Positions 35,790 to 50,800 of a stretch of DNA of 64,000 nt are shown here, piece after piece. The DNA is taken from positions 39,997 through 103,996 of the forward strand of contig NIVC01003656.1 in the NCBI GenBank assembly GCA_002269645.1. Reading direction: 5' to 3'. Both the position numbers and the translations under genes were made by a program. The stretch comes from Macrostomum lignano (lineage: Eukaryota). Every line of letters starts with the position of its first letter. Positions within the stretch are counted from its first letter, which is position 1. A model generated the notes under the pieces. That model was not told where the DNA came from, did not search any database, and saw nothing but the letters and a program-made list of their open reading frames with translations.

Positions 35790-35869
35790 AACCTGGAGCA
35801 GTCCAGGAGCTGCAGATGCAACAGCATCGACATCGAGTCATGGAAAATCGCGGCATATCAACGACGCAA
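34241..35869 (+). CDS. Putative uncharacterised gene with a coiled-coil segment and a poly-Gln tract; 3' end unresolved
   Basis: Candidate exons 34213-34317 (ATG at 34241), 34616-34920 and 35741-35869 have AG/GT boundaries and join in frame: ...STLTDC|LHDSALQRRAAERQRRSELARQLL...RAGFA|HQQQQ... An upstream exon ending at 34129 (AAG|GTGAGA) may be 5' UTR. No homology recognised. Confidence 0.45.
34931..35136. repeat. About 21-bp minisatellite (GCTCAGGCTGATGGGGTGGAG) starting 10 nt after a splice donor
   Basis: Read directly. Confidence 0.88.
35746..35788 (+). repeat. (CAG)14 trinucleotide repeat in an exon-like segment
   Basis: Read directly. Confidence 0.9.
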
Positions 35870-35874
35870 GTGGA

Positions 35875-38800
35875 TCATGTCTGCGCCAGCTAGTTGGAGC
35901 AATGTGTGTCATGTCTGCGCCAGATAGTTGGAGCAATGTGTGTCATGTCTGCGCCATCTGGAGCAATGTGTGTCATGTCTGCGCCATCTGGAGCAATGTG
36001 TGTCATGTCTGCGCCATCTGGAGTAATGTGTATCATGTCTGCGCCATCTGGAGCAATGTGTGTCATGTCTGCGCCATCTGGAGTAATGTGTGTCATGTCT
36101 GCGCCATCTGGAGCAATGTGTGTCATGTCTGCATCAGTTGGAGCAATGTGTATCATGTCTGCATCAGTTGGAGCAATGTGTATCATGTCTGCATCAGCTA
36201 GAGCAATGTGTGTCATGTCTGCATCAGTTAGAGCAATGTGTATCATGTCTGCATCAGTTAGAGCAATGTGTGTCATGTCTGCATCAGTTAGAGCAATGTG
36301 TGTCATGTCTGCATCAGTTAGAGCAATGTGTATCATGTCTGCATCAGTTAGAGCAATGTGTGTCATGTCTGCATCAGTTAGAGCAATGTGTGTCATGTCT
36401 GCATCAGTTAGAGCAATGTGTGTCATGTCTGCATCAGTTAGAGCAATGTGTGTCATGTCTGCATCAGTTAGAGCAATGTGTGTCATGTCTGCATCAGTTA
36501 GAGCAATGTGTATCATTTCTGCATCAGTTAGAGCAATGTGTATCATGTCTGCATCAGTTAGAGCAATGTGTGTCATGTCTGCATCAGTTAGAGCAATGTG
36601 TGTCATGTCTGCATCAGTTAGAGCAATGTGTGTCATGTCTGCGCCATCTGGAGTAATGTGTGTCATGTCTGCATCAGTTAGAGCAATGTGTGTCATGTCT
36701 GCATCAGTTAGAGCAATGTGTGTCATGTCTGCATCAGTTAGAGCAATGTGTGTCATGTCTGCATCAGTTAGAGCAATGTGTGTCATGTCTGCATCAGTTA
36801 GAGCAATGTGTGTCATGTCTGCATCAGTTAGAGCAATGTGTATCATGTCTGCATCAGTTAGAGCAATGTGTATCATGTCTGCATCAGTTGAGCAATGTGT
36901 GTCATGTCTGCATCAGTTGAGCAATGTGTGTCATGTCTGCATCATTTAGAGCAATGTGTGTCATGTCTGCATCAGTTAGAGCAATGTGTGTCATGTCTGC
37001 ATCAGTTAGAGCAATGTGTGTCATGTCTGCATCAGTTAGAGCAATGTGTATCATGTCTGCATCAGTTAGAGCAATGTGTGTCATGTCTGCATCAGTTAGA
37101 GCAATGTGTGTCATGTCTGCATCAGCTAGAGCAATGTGTATCATGTCTGCATCAGCTAGAGCAATGTGTGTCATGTCTGCATCAGCTAGAGCAATGTGTA
37201 TCATGTCTGCATCAGTTAGAGCAATGTGTGTCATGTCTGCATCAGTTAGAGCAATGTGTGTCATGTCTGCATCAGTTAGAGCAATGTGTGTCATGTCTGC
37301 ATCAGTTAGAGCAATGTGTATCATGTCTGCATCAGTTAGAGCAATGTGTGTCATGTCTGCATCAGTTAGAGCAATGTGTGTCATGTCTGCATCAGTAGAG
37401 CAATGTGTGTCATGTCTGCATCAGTTAGAGCAATGTGTGTCATGTCTGCATCAGTTAGAGCAATGTGTATCATGTCTGCATCAGCTAGAGCAATGTGTGT
37501 CATGTCTGCATCAGTTAGAGCAATGTGTGTCATGTCTGCATCTGAGCAATGTGTGTCATGTCTGCATCAGTTAGAGCAATGTGTGTCATGTCTGCATCAG
37601 TTAGAGCAATGTGTGTCATGTCTGCATCAGTTAGAGCAATGTGTGTCATGTCTGCATCAGTTAGAGCAATGTGTATCATGTCTGCATCAGTTAGAGCAAT
37701 GTGTGTCATGTCTGCATCAGTTAGAGCAATGTGTGTCATGTCTGCATCAGTTAGAGCAATGTGTATCATGTCTGCATCAGTTAGAGCAATGTGTGTCATG
37801 TCTGCATCAGTTAGAGCAATGTGTATCATGTCTGCATCAGTTAGAGCAATGTGTGTCATGTCTGCATCAGTTAGAGCAATGTGTGTCATGTCTGCATCAG
37901 TTAGAGCAATGTGTGTCATGTCTGCATCAGTTAGAGCAATGTGTATCATGTCTGCATCAGTTAGAGCAATGTGTGTCATGTCTGCATCAGTTAGAGCAAT
38001 GTGTGTCATGTCTGCATCAGTTAGAGCAATGTGTGTCATGTCTGCATCAGTTAGAGCAATGTGTATCATGTCTGCATCAGTTAGAGCAATGTGTGTCATG
38101 TCTGCATCAGTTAGAGCAATGTGTGTCATGTCTGCATCTTAGAGCAATGTGTGTCATGTCTGCATCAGTTAGAGCAATGTGTGTCATGTCTGCATCAGTT
38201 AGAGCAATGTGTGTCATGTCTGCATCAGTTAGAGCAATGTGTATCATGTCTGCATCAGTTAGAGCAATGTGTGTCATGTCTGCATCAGTTAGAGCAATGT
38301 GTGTCATGTCTGCATCAGTTAGAGCAATGTGTGTCATGTCTGCATCAGTTAGAGCAATGTGTGTCATGTCTGCATCTGAGCAATGTGTGTCATGTCTGCA
38401 TCAGTTAGAGCAATGTGTGTCATGTCTGCATCAGTTAGAGCAATGTGTGTCATGTCTGCATCAGTTAGAGCAATGTGTGTCATGTCTGCATCAGTTAGAG
38501 CAATGTGTGTCATGTCTGCATCAGTTAGAGCAATGTGTGTCATGTCTGCATCAGTTAGAGCAATGTGTGTCATGTCTGCATCAGTTAGAGCAATGTGTAT
38601 CATGTCTGCATCAGTTAGAGCAATGTGTGTCATGTCTGCATCAGTTAGAGCAATGTGTGTCATGTCTGCATCAGTTAGAGCAATGTGTGTCATGTCTGCA
38701 TCAGTTAGAGCAATGTGTGTCATGTCTGCATCAGTTAGAGCAATGTGTGTCATGTCTGCATCAGTTAGAGCAATGTGTATCATGTCTGCATCAGTTAGAG

Positions 38801-41800
38801 CAATGTGTGTCATGTCTGCATCAGTTAGAGCAATGTGTGTCATGTCTGCATCAGTTAGAGCAATGTGTGTCATGTCTGCATCAGTTAGAGCAATGTGTAT
38901 CATGTCTGCATCAGTTAGAGCAATGTGTGTCATGTCTGCATCAGTTAGAGCAATGTGTGTCATGTCTGCATCTGAGCAATGTGTGTCATGTCTGCATCAG
39001 TTAGAGCAATGTGTGTCATGTCTGCATCAGTTAGAGCAATGTGTGTCATGTCTGCATCAGTTAGAGCAATGTGTATCATGTCTGCATCAGTTAGAGCAAT
39101 GTGTGTCATGTCTGCATCAGTTAGAGCAATGTGTGTCATGTCTGCATCAGTTAGAGCAATGTGTGTCATGTCTGCATCAGTTAGAGCAATGTGTATCATG
39201 TCTGCATCAGTTAGAGCAATGTGTGTCATGTCTGCATCAGTTAGAGCAATGTGTATCATGTCTGCATCAGTTAGAGCAATGTGTGTCATGTCTGCATCAG
39301 TTAGAGCAATGTGTGTCATGTCTGCATCAGTTAGAGCAATGTGTATCATGTCTGCATCAGTTAGAGCAATGTGTGTCATGTCTGCATCAGTTAGAGCAAT
39401 GTGTGTCATGTCTGCATCAGTTAGAGCAATGTGTATGTCTGCATCAGTTAGAGCAATGTGTGTCATGTCTGCATCAGTTAGAGCAATGTGTGTCATGTCT
39501 GCATCAGTTAGAGCAATGTGTATCATGTCTGCATCTGAGCAATGTGTGTCATGTCTGCATCTGAGCAATGTGTGTCATGTCTGCATCTGAGCAATGTGTG
39601 TCATGTCTGCATCAGTTAGAGCAATGTGTATCATGTCTGCATCAGTTAGAGCAATGTGTGTCATGTCTGCATCAGTTAGAGCAATGTGTGTCATGTCTGC
39701 ATCAGTTAGAGCAATGTGTGTCATGTCTGCATCAGTTAGAGCAATGTGTGTCATGTCTGCATCAGTTAGAGCAATGTGTGTCATGTCTGCATCAGTTAGA
39801 GCAATGTGTGTCATGTCTGCATCAGTTAGAGCAATGTGTGTCATGTCTGCATCAGTTAGAGCAATGTGTGTCATGTCTGCATCAGTTAGAGCAATGTGTG
39901 TCATGTCTGCATCAGTTAGAGCAATGTGTGTCATGTCTGCATCAGTTAGAGCAATGTGTGTCATGTCTGCATCAGTTAGAGCAATGTGTGTCATGTCTGC
40001 ATCAGTTAGAGCAATGTGTGTCATGTCTGCATCAGTTAGAGCAATGTGTGTCATGTCTGCATCAGTTAGAGCAATGTGTGTCATGTCTGCATCAGTTAGA
40101 GCAATGTGTGTCATGTCTGCATCAGTTAGAGCAATGTGTGTCATGTCTGCATCAGTTAGAGCAATGTGTGTCATGTCTGCATCAGTTAGAGCAATGTGTA
40201 TCATGTCTGCATCAGTTAGAGCAATGTGTGTCATGTCTGCATCAGTTAGAGCAATGTGTGTCATGTCTGCATCTGAGCAATGTGTGTCATGTCTGCATCA
40301 GTTAGAGCAATGTGTGTCATGTCTGCATCAGTTAGAGCAATGTGTGTCATGTCTGCATCAGTTAGAGCAATGTGTATCATGTCTGCATCAGTTAGAGCAA
40401 TGTGTGTCATGTCTGCATCAGTTAGAGCAATGTGTGTCATGTCTGCATCAGTTAGAGCAATGTGTGTCATGTCTGCATCAGTTAGAGCAATGTGTGTCAT
40501 GTCTGCATCAGTTAGAGCAATGTGTGTCATGTCTGCATCAGTTAGAGCAATGTGTGTCATGTCTGCATCAGTTAGAGCAATGTGTGTCATGTCTGCATCA
40601 GTTAGAGCAATGTGTGTCATGTCTGCATCAGTTAGAGCAATGTGTATCATGTCTGCATCAGTTAGAGCAATGTGTGTCATGTCTGCATCAGTTAGAGCAA
40701 TGTGTGTCATGTCTGCATCAGTTAGAGCAATGTGTATCATGTCTGCATCAGTTAGAGCAATGTGTGTCATGTCTGCATCAGTTAGAGCAATGTGTGTCAT
40801 GTCTGCATCAGTTAGAGCAATGTGTATCATGTCTGCATCAGCAATGTGTGTCATGTCTGCATCTGAGCAATGTGTGTCATGTCTGCATCTGAGCAATGTG
40901 TGTCATGTCTGCATCAGTTAGAGCAATGTGTATCATGTCTGCATCAGTTAGAGCAATGTGTGTCATGTCTGCATCAGTTAGAGCAATGTGTGTCATGTCT
41001 GCATCAGTTAGAGCAATGTGTGTCATGTCTGCATCAGTTAGAGCAATGTGTGTCATGTCTGCATCAGTTAGAGCAATGTGTGTCATGTCTGCATCAGTTA
41101 GAGCAATGTGTATCATGTCTGCATCAGTTAGAGCAATGTGTGTCATGTCTGCATCAGTTAGAGCAATGTGTGTCATGTCTGCATCAGTTAGAGCAATGTG
41201 TGTCATGTCTGCATCAGTTAGAGCAATGTGTGTCATGTCTGCATCAGTTAGAGCAATGTGTGTCATGTCTGCATCAGTTAGAGCAATGTGTGTCATGTCT
41301 GCATCAGTTAGAGCAATGTGTGTCATGTCTGCATCAGTTAGAGCAATGTGTGTCATGTCTGCATCAGTTAGAGCAATGTGTGTCATGTCTGCATCAGTTA
41401 GAGCAATGTGTGTCATGTCTGCATCAGTTAGAGCAATGTGTGTCATGTCTGCATCAGTTAGAGCAATGTGTGTCATGTCTGCATCAGTTAGAGCAATGTG
41501 TGTCATGTCTGCATCAGTTAGAGCAATGTGTGTCATGTCTGCATCAGTTAGAGCAATGTGTGTCATGTCTGCATCAGTTAGAGCAATGTGTGTCATGTCT
41601 GCATCAGTTAGAGCAATGTGTGTCATGTCTGCATCAGTTAGAGCAATGTGTGTCATGTCTGCATCAGTTAGAGCAATGTGTGTCATGTCTGCATCAGTTA
41701 GAGCAATGTGTGTCATGTCTGCATCTGAGCAATGTGTGTCATGTCTGCATCAGTTAGAGCAATGTGTGTCATGTCTGCATCAGTTAGAGCAATGTGTGTC

Positions 41801-44800
41801 ATGTCTGCATCAGTTAGAGCAATGTGTGTCATGTCTGCATCAGTTAGAGCAATGTGTGTCATGTCTGCATCAGTTAGAGCAATGTGTGTCATGTCTGCAT
41901 CAGTTAGAGCAATGTGTGTCATGTCTGCATCAGTTAGAGCAATGTGTGTCATGTCTGCATCAGTTAGAGCAATGTGTGTCATGTCTGCATCAGTTAGAGC
42001 AATGTGTGTCATGTCTGCATCAGTTAGAGCAATGTGTGTCATGTCTGCATCAGTTAGAGCAATGTGTGTCATGTCTGCATCAGTTAGAGCAATGTGTGTC
42101 ATGTCTGCATCAGTGAGCAATGTGTGTCATGTCTGCATCAGTTAGAGCAATGTGTGTCATGTCTGCATCAGTTAGAGCAATGTGTGTCATGTCTGCATCA
42201 GTTAGAGCAATGTGTGTCATGTCTGCATCAGTTAGAGCAATGTGTGTCATGTCTGCATCAGTTAGAGCAATGTGTGTCATGTCTGCATCAGTTAGAGCAA
42301 TGTGTGTCATGTCTGCATCAGTTAGAGCAATGTGTGTCATGTCTGCATCAGTTAGAGCAATGTGTGTCATGTCTGCATCAGTTAGAGCAATGTGTGTCAT
42401 GTCTGCATCAGTTAGAGCAATGTGTGTCATGTCTGCATCAGTTAGAGCAATGTGTGTCATGTCTGCATCAGTTAGAGCAATGTGTGTCATGTCTGCATCA
42501 GTTAGAGCAATGTGTGTCATGTCTGCATCAGTTAGAGCAATGTGTGTCATGTCTGCATCAGTTAGAGCAATGTGTATCATGTCTGCATCAGTTAGAGCAA
42601 TGTGTGTCATGTCTGCATCAGTTAGAGCAATGTGTGTCATGTCTGCATCAGTTAGAGCAATGTGTGTCATGTCTGCATCAGTTAGAGCAATGTGTGTCAT
42701 GTCTGCATCAGTTAGAGCAATGTGTGTCATGTCTGCATCAGTTAGAGCAATGTGTGTCATGTCTGCATCAGTTAGAGCAATGTGTGTCATGTCTGCATCA
42801 GTTAGAGCAATGTGTGTCATGTCTGCATCAGTTAGAGCAATGTGTGTCATGTCTGCATCAGTTAGAGCAATGTGTGTCATGTCTGCATCAGTTAGAGCAA
42901 TGTGTGTCATGTCTGCATCAGTTAGAGCAATGTGTGTCATGTCTGCATCAGTTAGAGCAATGTGTGTCATGTCTGCATCAGTTAGAGCAATGTGTGTCAT
43001 GTCTGCATCAGTTAGAGCAATGTGTGTCATGTCTGCATCAGTTAGAGCAATGTGTGTCATGTCTGCATCAGTTAGAGCAATGTGTGTCATGTCTGCATCA
43101 GTTAGAGCAATGTGTGTCATGTCTGCATCAGTTAGAGCAATGTGTGTCATGTCTGCATCAGTTAGAGCAATGTGTGTCATGTCTGCATCAGTTAGAGCAA
43201 TGTGTGTCATGTCTGCATCAGTTAGAGCAATGTGTGTCATGTCTGCATCAGTTAGAGCAATGTGTGTCATGTCTGCATCAGTTAGAGCAATGTGTGTCAT
43301 GTCTGCATCAGTTAGAGCAATGTGTGTCATGTCTGCATCAGTTAGAGCAATGTGTGTCATGTCTGCATCAGTTAGAGCAATGTGTGTCATGTCTGCATCA
43401 GTTAGAGCAATGTGTGTCATGTCTGCATCAGTTAGAGCAATGTGTGTCATGTCTGCATCAGTTAGAGCAATGTGTGTCATGTCTGCATCAGTTAGAGCAA
43501 TGTGTGTCATGTCTGCATCAGTTAGAGCAATGTGTGTCATGTCTGCATCAGTTAGAGCAATGTGTGTCATGTCTGCATCAGTTAGAGCAATGTGTGTCAT
43601 GTCTGCATCAGTTAGAGCAATGTGTGTCATGTCTGCATCAGTTAGAGCAATGTGTGTCATGTCTGCATCAGTTAGAGCAATGTGTGTCATGTCTGCATCA
43701 GTTAGAGCAATGTGTGTCATGTCTGCATCAGTTAGAGCAATGTGTGTCATGTCTGCATCAGTTAGAGCAATGTGTGTCATGTCTGCATCAGTTAGAGCAA
43801 TGTGTGTCATGTCTGCATCAGTTAGAGCAATGTGTGTCATGTCTGCATCAGTTAGAGCAATGTGTGTCATGTCTGCATCAGTTAGAGCAATGTGTGTCAT
43901 GTCTGCATCAGTTAGAGCAATGTGTGTCATGTCTGCATCAGTTAGAGCAATGTGTGTCATGTCTGCATCAGTTAGAGCAATGTGTGTCATGTCTGCATCA
44001 GTTAGAGCAATGTGTGTCATGTCTGCATCAGTTAGAGCAATGTGTGTCATGTCTGCATCAGTTAGAGCAATGTGTGTCATGTCTGCATCAGTTAGAGCAA
44101 TGTGTGTCATGTCTGCATCAGTTAGAGCAATGTGTGTCATGTCTGCATCAGTTAGAGCAATGTGTGTCATGTCTGCATCAGTTAGAGCAATGTGTGTCAT
44201 GTCTGCATCAGTTAGAGCAATGTGTGTCATGTCTGCATCAGTTAGAGCAATGTGTGTCATGTCTGCATCAGTTAGAGCAATGTGTGTCATGTCTGCATCA
44301 GTTAGAGCAATGTGTGTCATGTCTGCATCAGTTAGAGCAATGTGTGTCATGTCTGCATCAGTTAGAGCAATGTGTGTCATGTCTGCATCAGTTAGAGCAA
44401 TGTGTGTCATGTCTGCATCAGTTAGAGCAATGTGTGTCATGTCTGCATCAGTTAGAGCAATGTGTGTCATGTCTGCATCAGTTAGAGCAATGTGTGTCAT
44501 GTCTGCATCAGTTAGAGCAATGTGTGTCATGTCTGCATCAGTTAGAGCAATGTGTGTCATGTCTGCATCAGTTAGAGCAATGTGTGTCATGTCTGCATCA
44601 GTTAGAGCAATGTGTGTCATGTCTGCATCAGTTAGAGCAATGTGTGTCATGTCTGCATCAGTTAGAGCAATGTGTGTCATGTCTGCATCAGTTAGAGCAA
44701 TGTGTGTCATGTCTGCATCAGTTAGAGCAATGTGTGTCATGTCTGCATCAGTTAGAGCAATGTGTGTCATGTCTGCATCAGTTAGAGCAATGTGTGTCAT

Positions 44801-47800
44801 GTCTGCATCAGTTAGAGCAATGTGTGTCATGTCTGCATCAGTTAGAGCAATGTGTGTCATGTCTGCATCAGTTAGAGCAATGTGTGTCATGTCTGCATCA
44901 GTTAGAGCAATGTGTGTCATGTCTGCATCAGTTAGAGCAATGTGTGTCATGTCTGCATCAGTTAGAGCAATGTGTGTCATGTCTGCATCAGTTAGAGCAA
45001 TGTGTGTCATGTCTGCATCAGTTAGAGCAATGTGTGTCATGTCTGCATCAGTTAGAGCAATGTGTGTCATGTCTGCATCAGTTAGAGCAATGTGTGTCAT
45101 GTCTGCATCAGTTAGAGCAATGTGTGTCATGTCTGCATCAGTTAGAGCAATGTGTGTCATGTCTGCATCAGTTAGAGCAATGTGTGTCATGTCTGCATCA
45201 GTTAGAGCAATGTGTGTCATGTCTGCATCAGTTAGAGCAATGTGTGTCATGTCTGCATCAGTTAGAGCAATGTGTGTCATGTCTGCATCAGTTAGAGCAA
45301 TGTGTGTCATGTCTGCATCAGTTAGAGCAATGTGTGTCATGTCTGCATCAGTTAGAGCAATGTGTGTCATGTCTGCATCAGTTAGAGCAATGTGTGTCAT
45401 GTCTGCATCAGTTAGAGCAATGTGTGTCATGTCTGCATCAGTTAGAGCAATGTGTGTCATGTCTGCATCAGTTAGAGCAATGTGTGTCATGTCTGCATCA
45501 GTTAGAGCAATGTGTGTCATGTCTGCATCAGTTAGAGCAATGTGTGTCATGTCTGCATCAGTTAGAGCAATGTGTGTCATGTCTGCATCAGTTAGAGCAA
45601 TGTGTGTCATGTCTGCATCAGTTAGAGCAATGTGTGTCATGTCTGCATCAGTTAGAGCAATGTGTGTCATGTCTGCATCAGTTAGAGCAATGTGTGTCAT
45701 GTCTGCATCAGTTAGAGCAATGTGTGTCATGTCTGCATCAGTTAGAGCAATGTGTGTCATGTCTGCATCAGTTAGAGCAATGTGTGTCATGTCTGCATCA
45801 GTTAGAGCAATGTGTGTCATGTCTGCATCAGTTAGAGCAATGTGTGTCATGTCTGCATCAGTTAGAGCAATGTGTGTCATGTCTGCATCAGTTAGAGCAA
45901 TGTGTGTCATGTCTGCATCAGTTAGAGCAATGTGTGTCATGTCTGCATCAGTTAGAGCAATGTGTGTCATGTCTGCATCAGTTAGAGCAATGTGTGTCAT
46001 GTCTGCATCAGTTAGAGCAATGTGTGTCATGTCTGCATCAGTTAGAGCAATGTGTGTCATGTCTGCATCAGTTAGAGCAATGTGTGTCATGTCTGCATCA
46101 GTTAGAGCAATGTGTGTCATGTCTGCATCAGTTAGAGCAATGTGTGTCATGTCTGCATCAGTTAGAGCAATGTGTGTCATGTCTGCATCAGTTAGAGCAA
46201 TGTGTGTCATGTCTGCATCAGTTAGAGCAATGTGTGTCATGTCTGCATCAGTTAGAGCAATGTGTGTCATGTCTGCATCAGTTAGAGCAATGTGTGTCAT
46301 GTCTGCATCAGTTAGAGCAATGTGTGTCATGTCTGCATCAGTTAGAGCAATGTGTGTCATGTCTGCATCAGTTAGAGCAATGTGTGTCATGTCTGCATCA
46401 GTTAGAGCAATGTGTGTCATGTCTGCATCAGTTAGAGCAATGTGTGTCATGTCTGCATCAGTTAGAGCAATGTGTGTCATGTCTGCATCAGTTAGAGCAA
46501 TGTGTGTCATGTCTGCATCAGTTAGAGCAATGTGTGTCATGTCTGCATCAGTTAGAGCAATGTGTGTCATGTCTGCATCAGTTAGAGCAATGTGTGTCAT
46601 GTCTGCATCAGTTAGAGCAATGTGTGTCATGTCTGCATCAGTTAGAGCAATGTGTGTCATGTCTGCATCAGTTAGAGCAATGTGTGTCATGTCTGCATCA
46701 GTTAGAGCAATGTGTGTCATGTCTGCATCAGTTAGAGCAATGTGTGTCATGTCTGCATCAGTTAGAGCAATGTGTGTCATGTCTGCATCAGTTAGAGCAA
46801 TGTGTGTCATGTCTGCATCAGTTAGAGCAATGTGTGTCATGTCTGCATCAGTTAGAGCAATGTGTGTCATGTCTGCATCAGTTAGAGCAATGTGTGTCAT
46901 GTCTGCATCAGTTAGAGCAATGTGTGTCATGTCTGCATCAGTTAGAGCAATGTGTGTCATGTCTGCATCAGTTAGAGCAATGTGTGTCATGTCTGCATCA
47001 GTTAGAGCAATGTGTGTCATGTCTGCATCAGTTAGAGCAATGTGTGTCATGTCTGCATCAGTTAGAGCAATGTGTGTCATGTCTGCATCAGTTAGAGCAA
47101 TGTGTGTCATGTCTGCATCAGTTAGAGCAATGTGTGTCATGTCTGCATCAGTTAGAGCAATGTGTGTCATGTCTGCATCAGTTAGAGCAATGTGTGTCAT
47201 GTCTGCATCAGTTAGAGCAATGTGTGTCATGTCTGCATCAGTTAGAGCAATGTGTGTCATGTCTGCATCAGTTAGAGCAATGTGTGTCATGTCTGCATCA
47301 GTTAGAGCAATGTGTGTCATGTCTGCATCAGTTAGAGCAATGTGTGTCATGTCTGCATCAGTTAGAGCAATGTGTGTCATGTCTGCATCAGTTAGAGCAA
47401 TGTGTGTCATGTCTGCATCAGTTAGAGCAATGTGTGTCATGTCTGCATCAGTTAGAGCAATGTGTGTCATGTCTGCATCAGTTAGAGCAATGTGTGTCAT
47501 GTCTGCATCAGTTAGAGCAATGTGTGTCATGTCTGCATCAGTTAGAGCAATGTGTGTCATGTCTGCATCAGTTAGAGCAATGTGTGTCATGTCTGCATCA
47601 GTTAGAGCAATGTGTGTCATGTCTGCATCAGTTAGAGCAATGTGTGTCATGTCTGCATCAGTTAGAGCAATGTGTGTCATGTCTGCATCAGTTAGAGCAA
47701 TGTGTGTCATGTCTGCATCAGTTAGAGCAATGTGTGTCATGTCTGCATCAGTTAGAGCAATGTGTGTCATGTCTGCATCAGTTAGAGCAATGTGTGTCAT

Positions 47801-50800
47801 GTCTGCATCAGTTAGAGCAATGTGTGTCATGTCTGCATCAGTTAGAGCAATGTGTGTCATGTCTGCATCAGTTAGAGCAATGTGTGTCATGTCTGCATCA
47901 GTTAGAGCAATGTGTGTCATGTCTGCATCAGTTAGAGCAATGTGTGTCATGTCTGCATCAGTTAGAGCAATGTGTGTCATGTCTGCATCAGTTAGAGCAA
48001 TGTGTGTCATGTCTGCATCAGTTAGAGCAATGTGTGTCATGTCTGCATCAGTTAGAGCAATGTGTGTCATGTCTGCATCAGTTAGAGCAATGTGTGTCAT
48101 GTCTGCATCAGTTAGAGCAATGTGTGTCATGTCTGCATCAGTTAGAGCAATGTGTGTCATGTCTGCATCAGTTAGAGCAATGTGTGTCATGTCTGCATCA
48201 GTTAGAGCAATGTGTGTCATGTCTGCATCAGTTAGAGCAATGTGTGTCATGTCTGCATCAGTTAGAGCAATGTGTGTCATGTCTGCATCAGTTAGAGCAA
48301 TGTGTGTCATGTCTGCATCAGTTAGAGCAATGTGTGTCATGTCTGCATCAGTTAGAGCAATGTGTGTCATGTCTGCATCAGTTAGAGCAATGTGTGTCAT
48401 GTCTGCATCAGTTAGAGCAATGTGTGTCATGTCTGCATCAGTTAGAGCAATGTGTGTCATGTCTGCATCAGTTAGAGCAATGTGTGTCATGTCTGCATCA
48501 GTTAGAGCAATGTGTGTCATGTCTGCATCAGTTAGAGCAATGTGTGTCATGTCTGCATCAGTGAGCAATGTGTGTCATGTCTGCATCAGTTAGAGCAATG
48601 TGTGTCATGTCTGCATCAGTTAGAGCAATGTGTGTCATGTCTGCATCAGTTAGAGCAATGTGTGTCATGTCTGCATCAGTTAGAGCAATGTGTGTCATGT
48701 CTGCATCAGTTAGAGCAATGTGTGTCATGTCTGCATCAGTTAGAGCAATGTGTGTCATGTCTGCATCAGTTAGAGCAATGTGTGTCATGTCTGCATCAGT
48801 TAGAGCAATGTGTGTCATGTCTGCATCAGTTAGAGCAATGTGTGTCATGTCTGCATCAGTTAGAGCAATGTGTGTCATGTCTGCATCAGTTAGAGCAATG
48901 TGTGTCATGTCTGCATCAGTTAGAGCAATGTGTGTCATGTCTGCATCAGTTAGAGCAATGTGTGTCATGTCTGCATCAGTTAGAGCAATGTGTGTCATGT
49001 CTGCATCAGTTAGAGCAATGTGTGTCATGTCTGCATCAGTTAGAGCAATGTGTGTCATGTCTGCATCAGTTAGAGCAATGTGTGTCATGTCTGCATCAGT
49101 TAGAGCAATGTGTGTCATGTCTGCATCAGTTAGAGCAATGTGTGTCATGTCTGCATCAGTTAGAGCAATGTGTGTCATGTCTGCATCAGTTAGAGCAATG
49201 TGTGTCATGTCTGCATCAGTTAGAGCAATGTGTGTCATGTCTGCATCAGTTAGAGCAATGTGTGTCATGTCTGCATCAGTTAGAGCAATGTGTGTCATGT
49301 CTGCATCAGTTAGAGCAATGTGTGTCATGTCTGCATCAGTTAGAGCAATGTGTGTCATGTCTGCATCAGTTAGAGCAATGTGTGTCATGTCTGCATCAGT
49401 TAGAGCAATGTGTGTCATGTCTGCATCAGTTAGAGCAATGTGTGTCATGTCTGCATCAGTTAGAGCAATGTGTGTCATGTCTGCATCAGTTAGAGCAATG
49501 TGTGTCATGTCTGCATCAGTTAGAGCAATGTGTGTCATGTCTGCATCAGTTAGAGCAATGTGTGTCATGTCTGCATCAGTTAGAGCAATGTGTGTCATGT
49601 CTGCATCAGTTAGAGCAATGTGTGTCATGTCTGCATCAGTTAGAGCAATGTGTGTCATGTCTGCATCAGTTAGAGCAATGTGTGTCATGTCTGCATCAGT
49701 TAGAGCAATGTGTGTCATGTCTGCATCAGTTAGAGCAATGTGTGTCATGTCTGCATCAGTTAGAGCAATGTGTGTCATGTCTGCATCAGTTAGAGCAATG
49801 TGTGTCATGTCTGCATCAGTTAGAGCAATGTGTGTCATGTCTGCATCAGTTAGAGCAATGTGTGTCATGTCTGCATCAGTTAGAGCAATGTGTGTCATGT
49901 CTGCATCAGTTAGAGCAATGTGTGTCATGTCTGCATCAGTTAGAGCAATGTGTGTCATGTCTGCATCAGTTAGAGCAATGTGTGTCATGTCTGCATCAGT
50001 TAGAGCAATGTGTGTCATGTCTGCATCAGTTAGAGCAATGTGTGTCATGTCTGCATCAGTTAGAGCAATGTGTGTCATGTCTGCATCAGTTAGAGCAATG
50101 TGTGTCATGTCTGCATCAGTTAGAGCAATGTGTGTCATGTCTGCATCAGTTAGAGCAATGTGTGTCATGTCTGCATCAGTTAGAGCAATGTGTGTCATGT
50201 CTGCATCAGTTAGAGCAATGTGTGTCATGTCTGCATCAGTTAGAGCAATGTGTGTCATGTCTGCATCAGTTAGAGCAATGTGTGTCATGTCTGCATCAGT
50301 TAGAGCAATGTGTGTCATGTCTGCATCAGTTAGAGCAATGTGTGTCATGTCTGCATCAGTTAGAGCAATGTGTGTCATGTCTGCATCAGTTAGAGCAATG
50401 TGTGTCATGTCTGCATCAGTTAGAGCAATGTGTGTCATGTCTGCATCAGTTAGAGCAATGTGTGTCATGTCTGCATCAGTTAGAGCAATGTGTGTCATGT
50501 CTGCATCAGTTAGAGCAATGTGTGTCATGTCTGCATCAGTTAGAGCAATGTGTGTCATGTCTGCATCAGTTAGAGCAATGTGTGTCATGTCTGCATCAGT
50601 TAGAGCAATGTGTGTCATGTCTGCATCAGTTAGAGCAATGTGTGTCATGTCTGCATCAGTTAGAGCAATGTGTGTCATGTCTGCATCAGTTAGAGCAATG
50701 TGTGTCATGTCTGCATCAGTTAGAGCAATGTGTGTCATGTCTGCATCAGTTAGAGCAATGTGTGTCATGTCTGCATCAGTTAGAGCAATGTGTGTCATGT

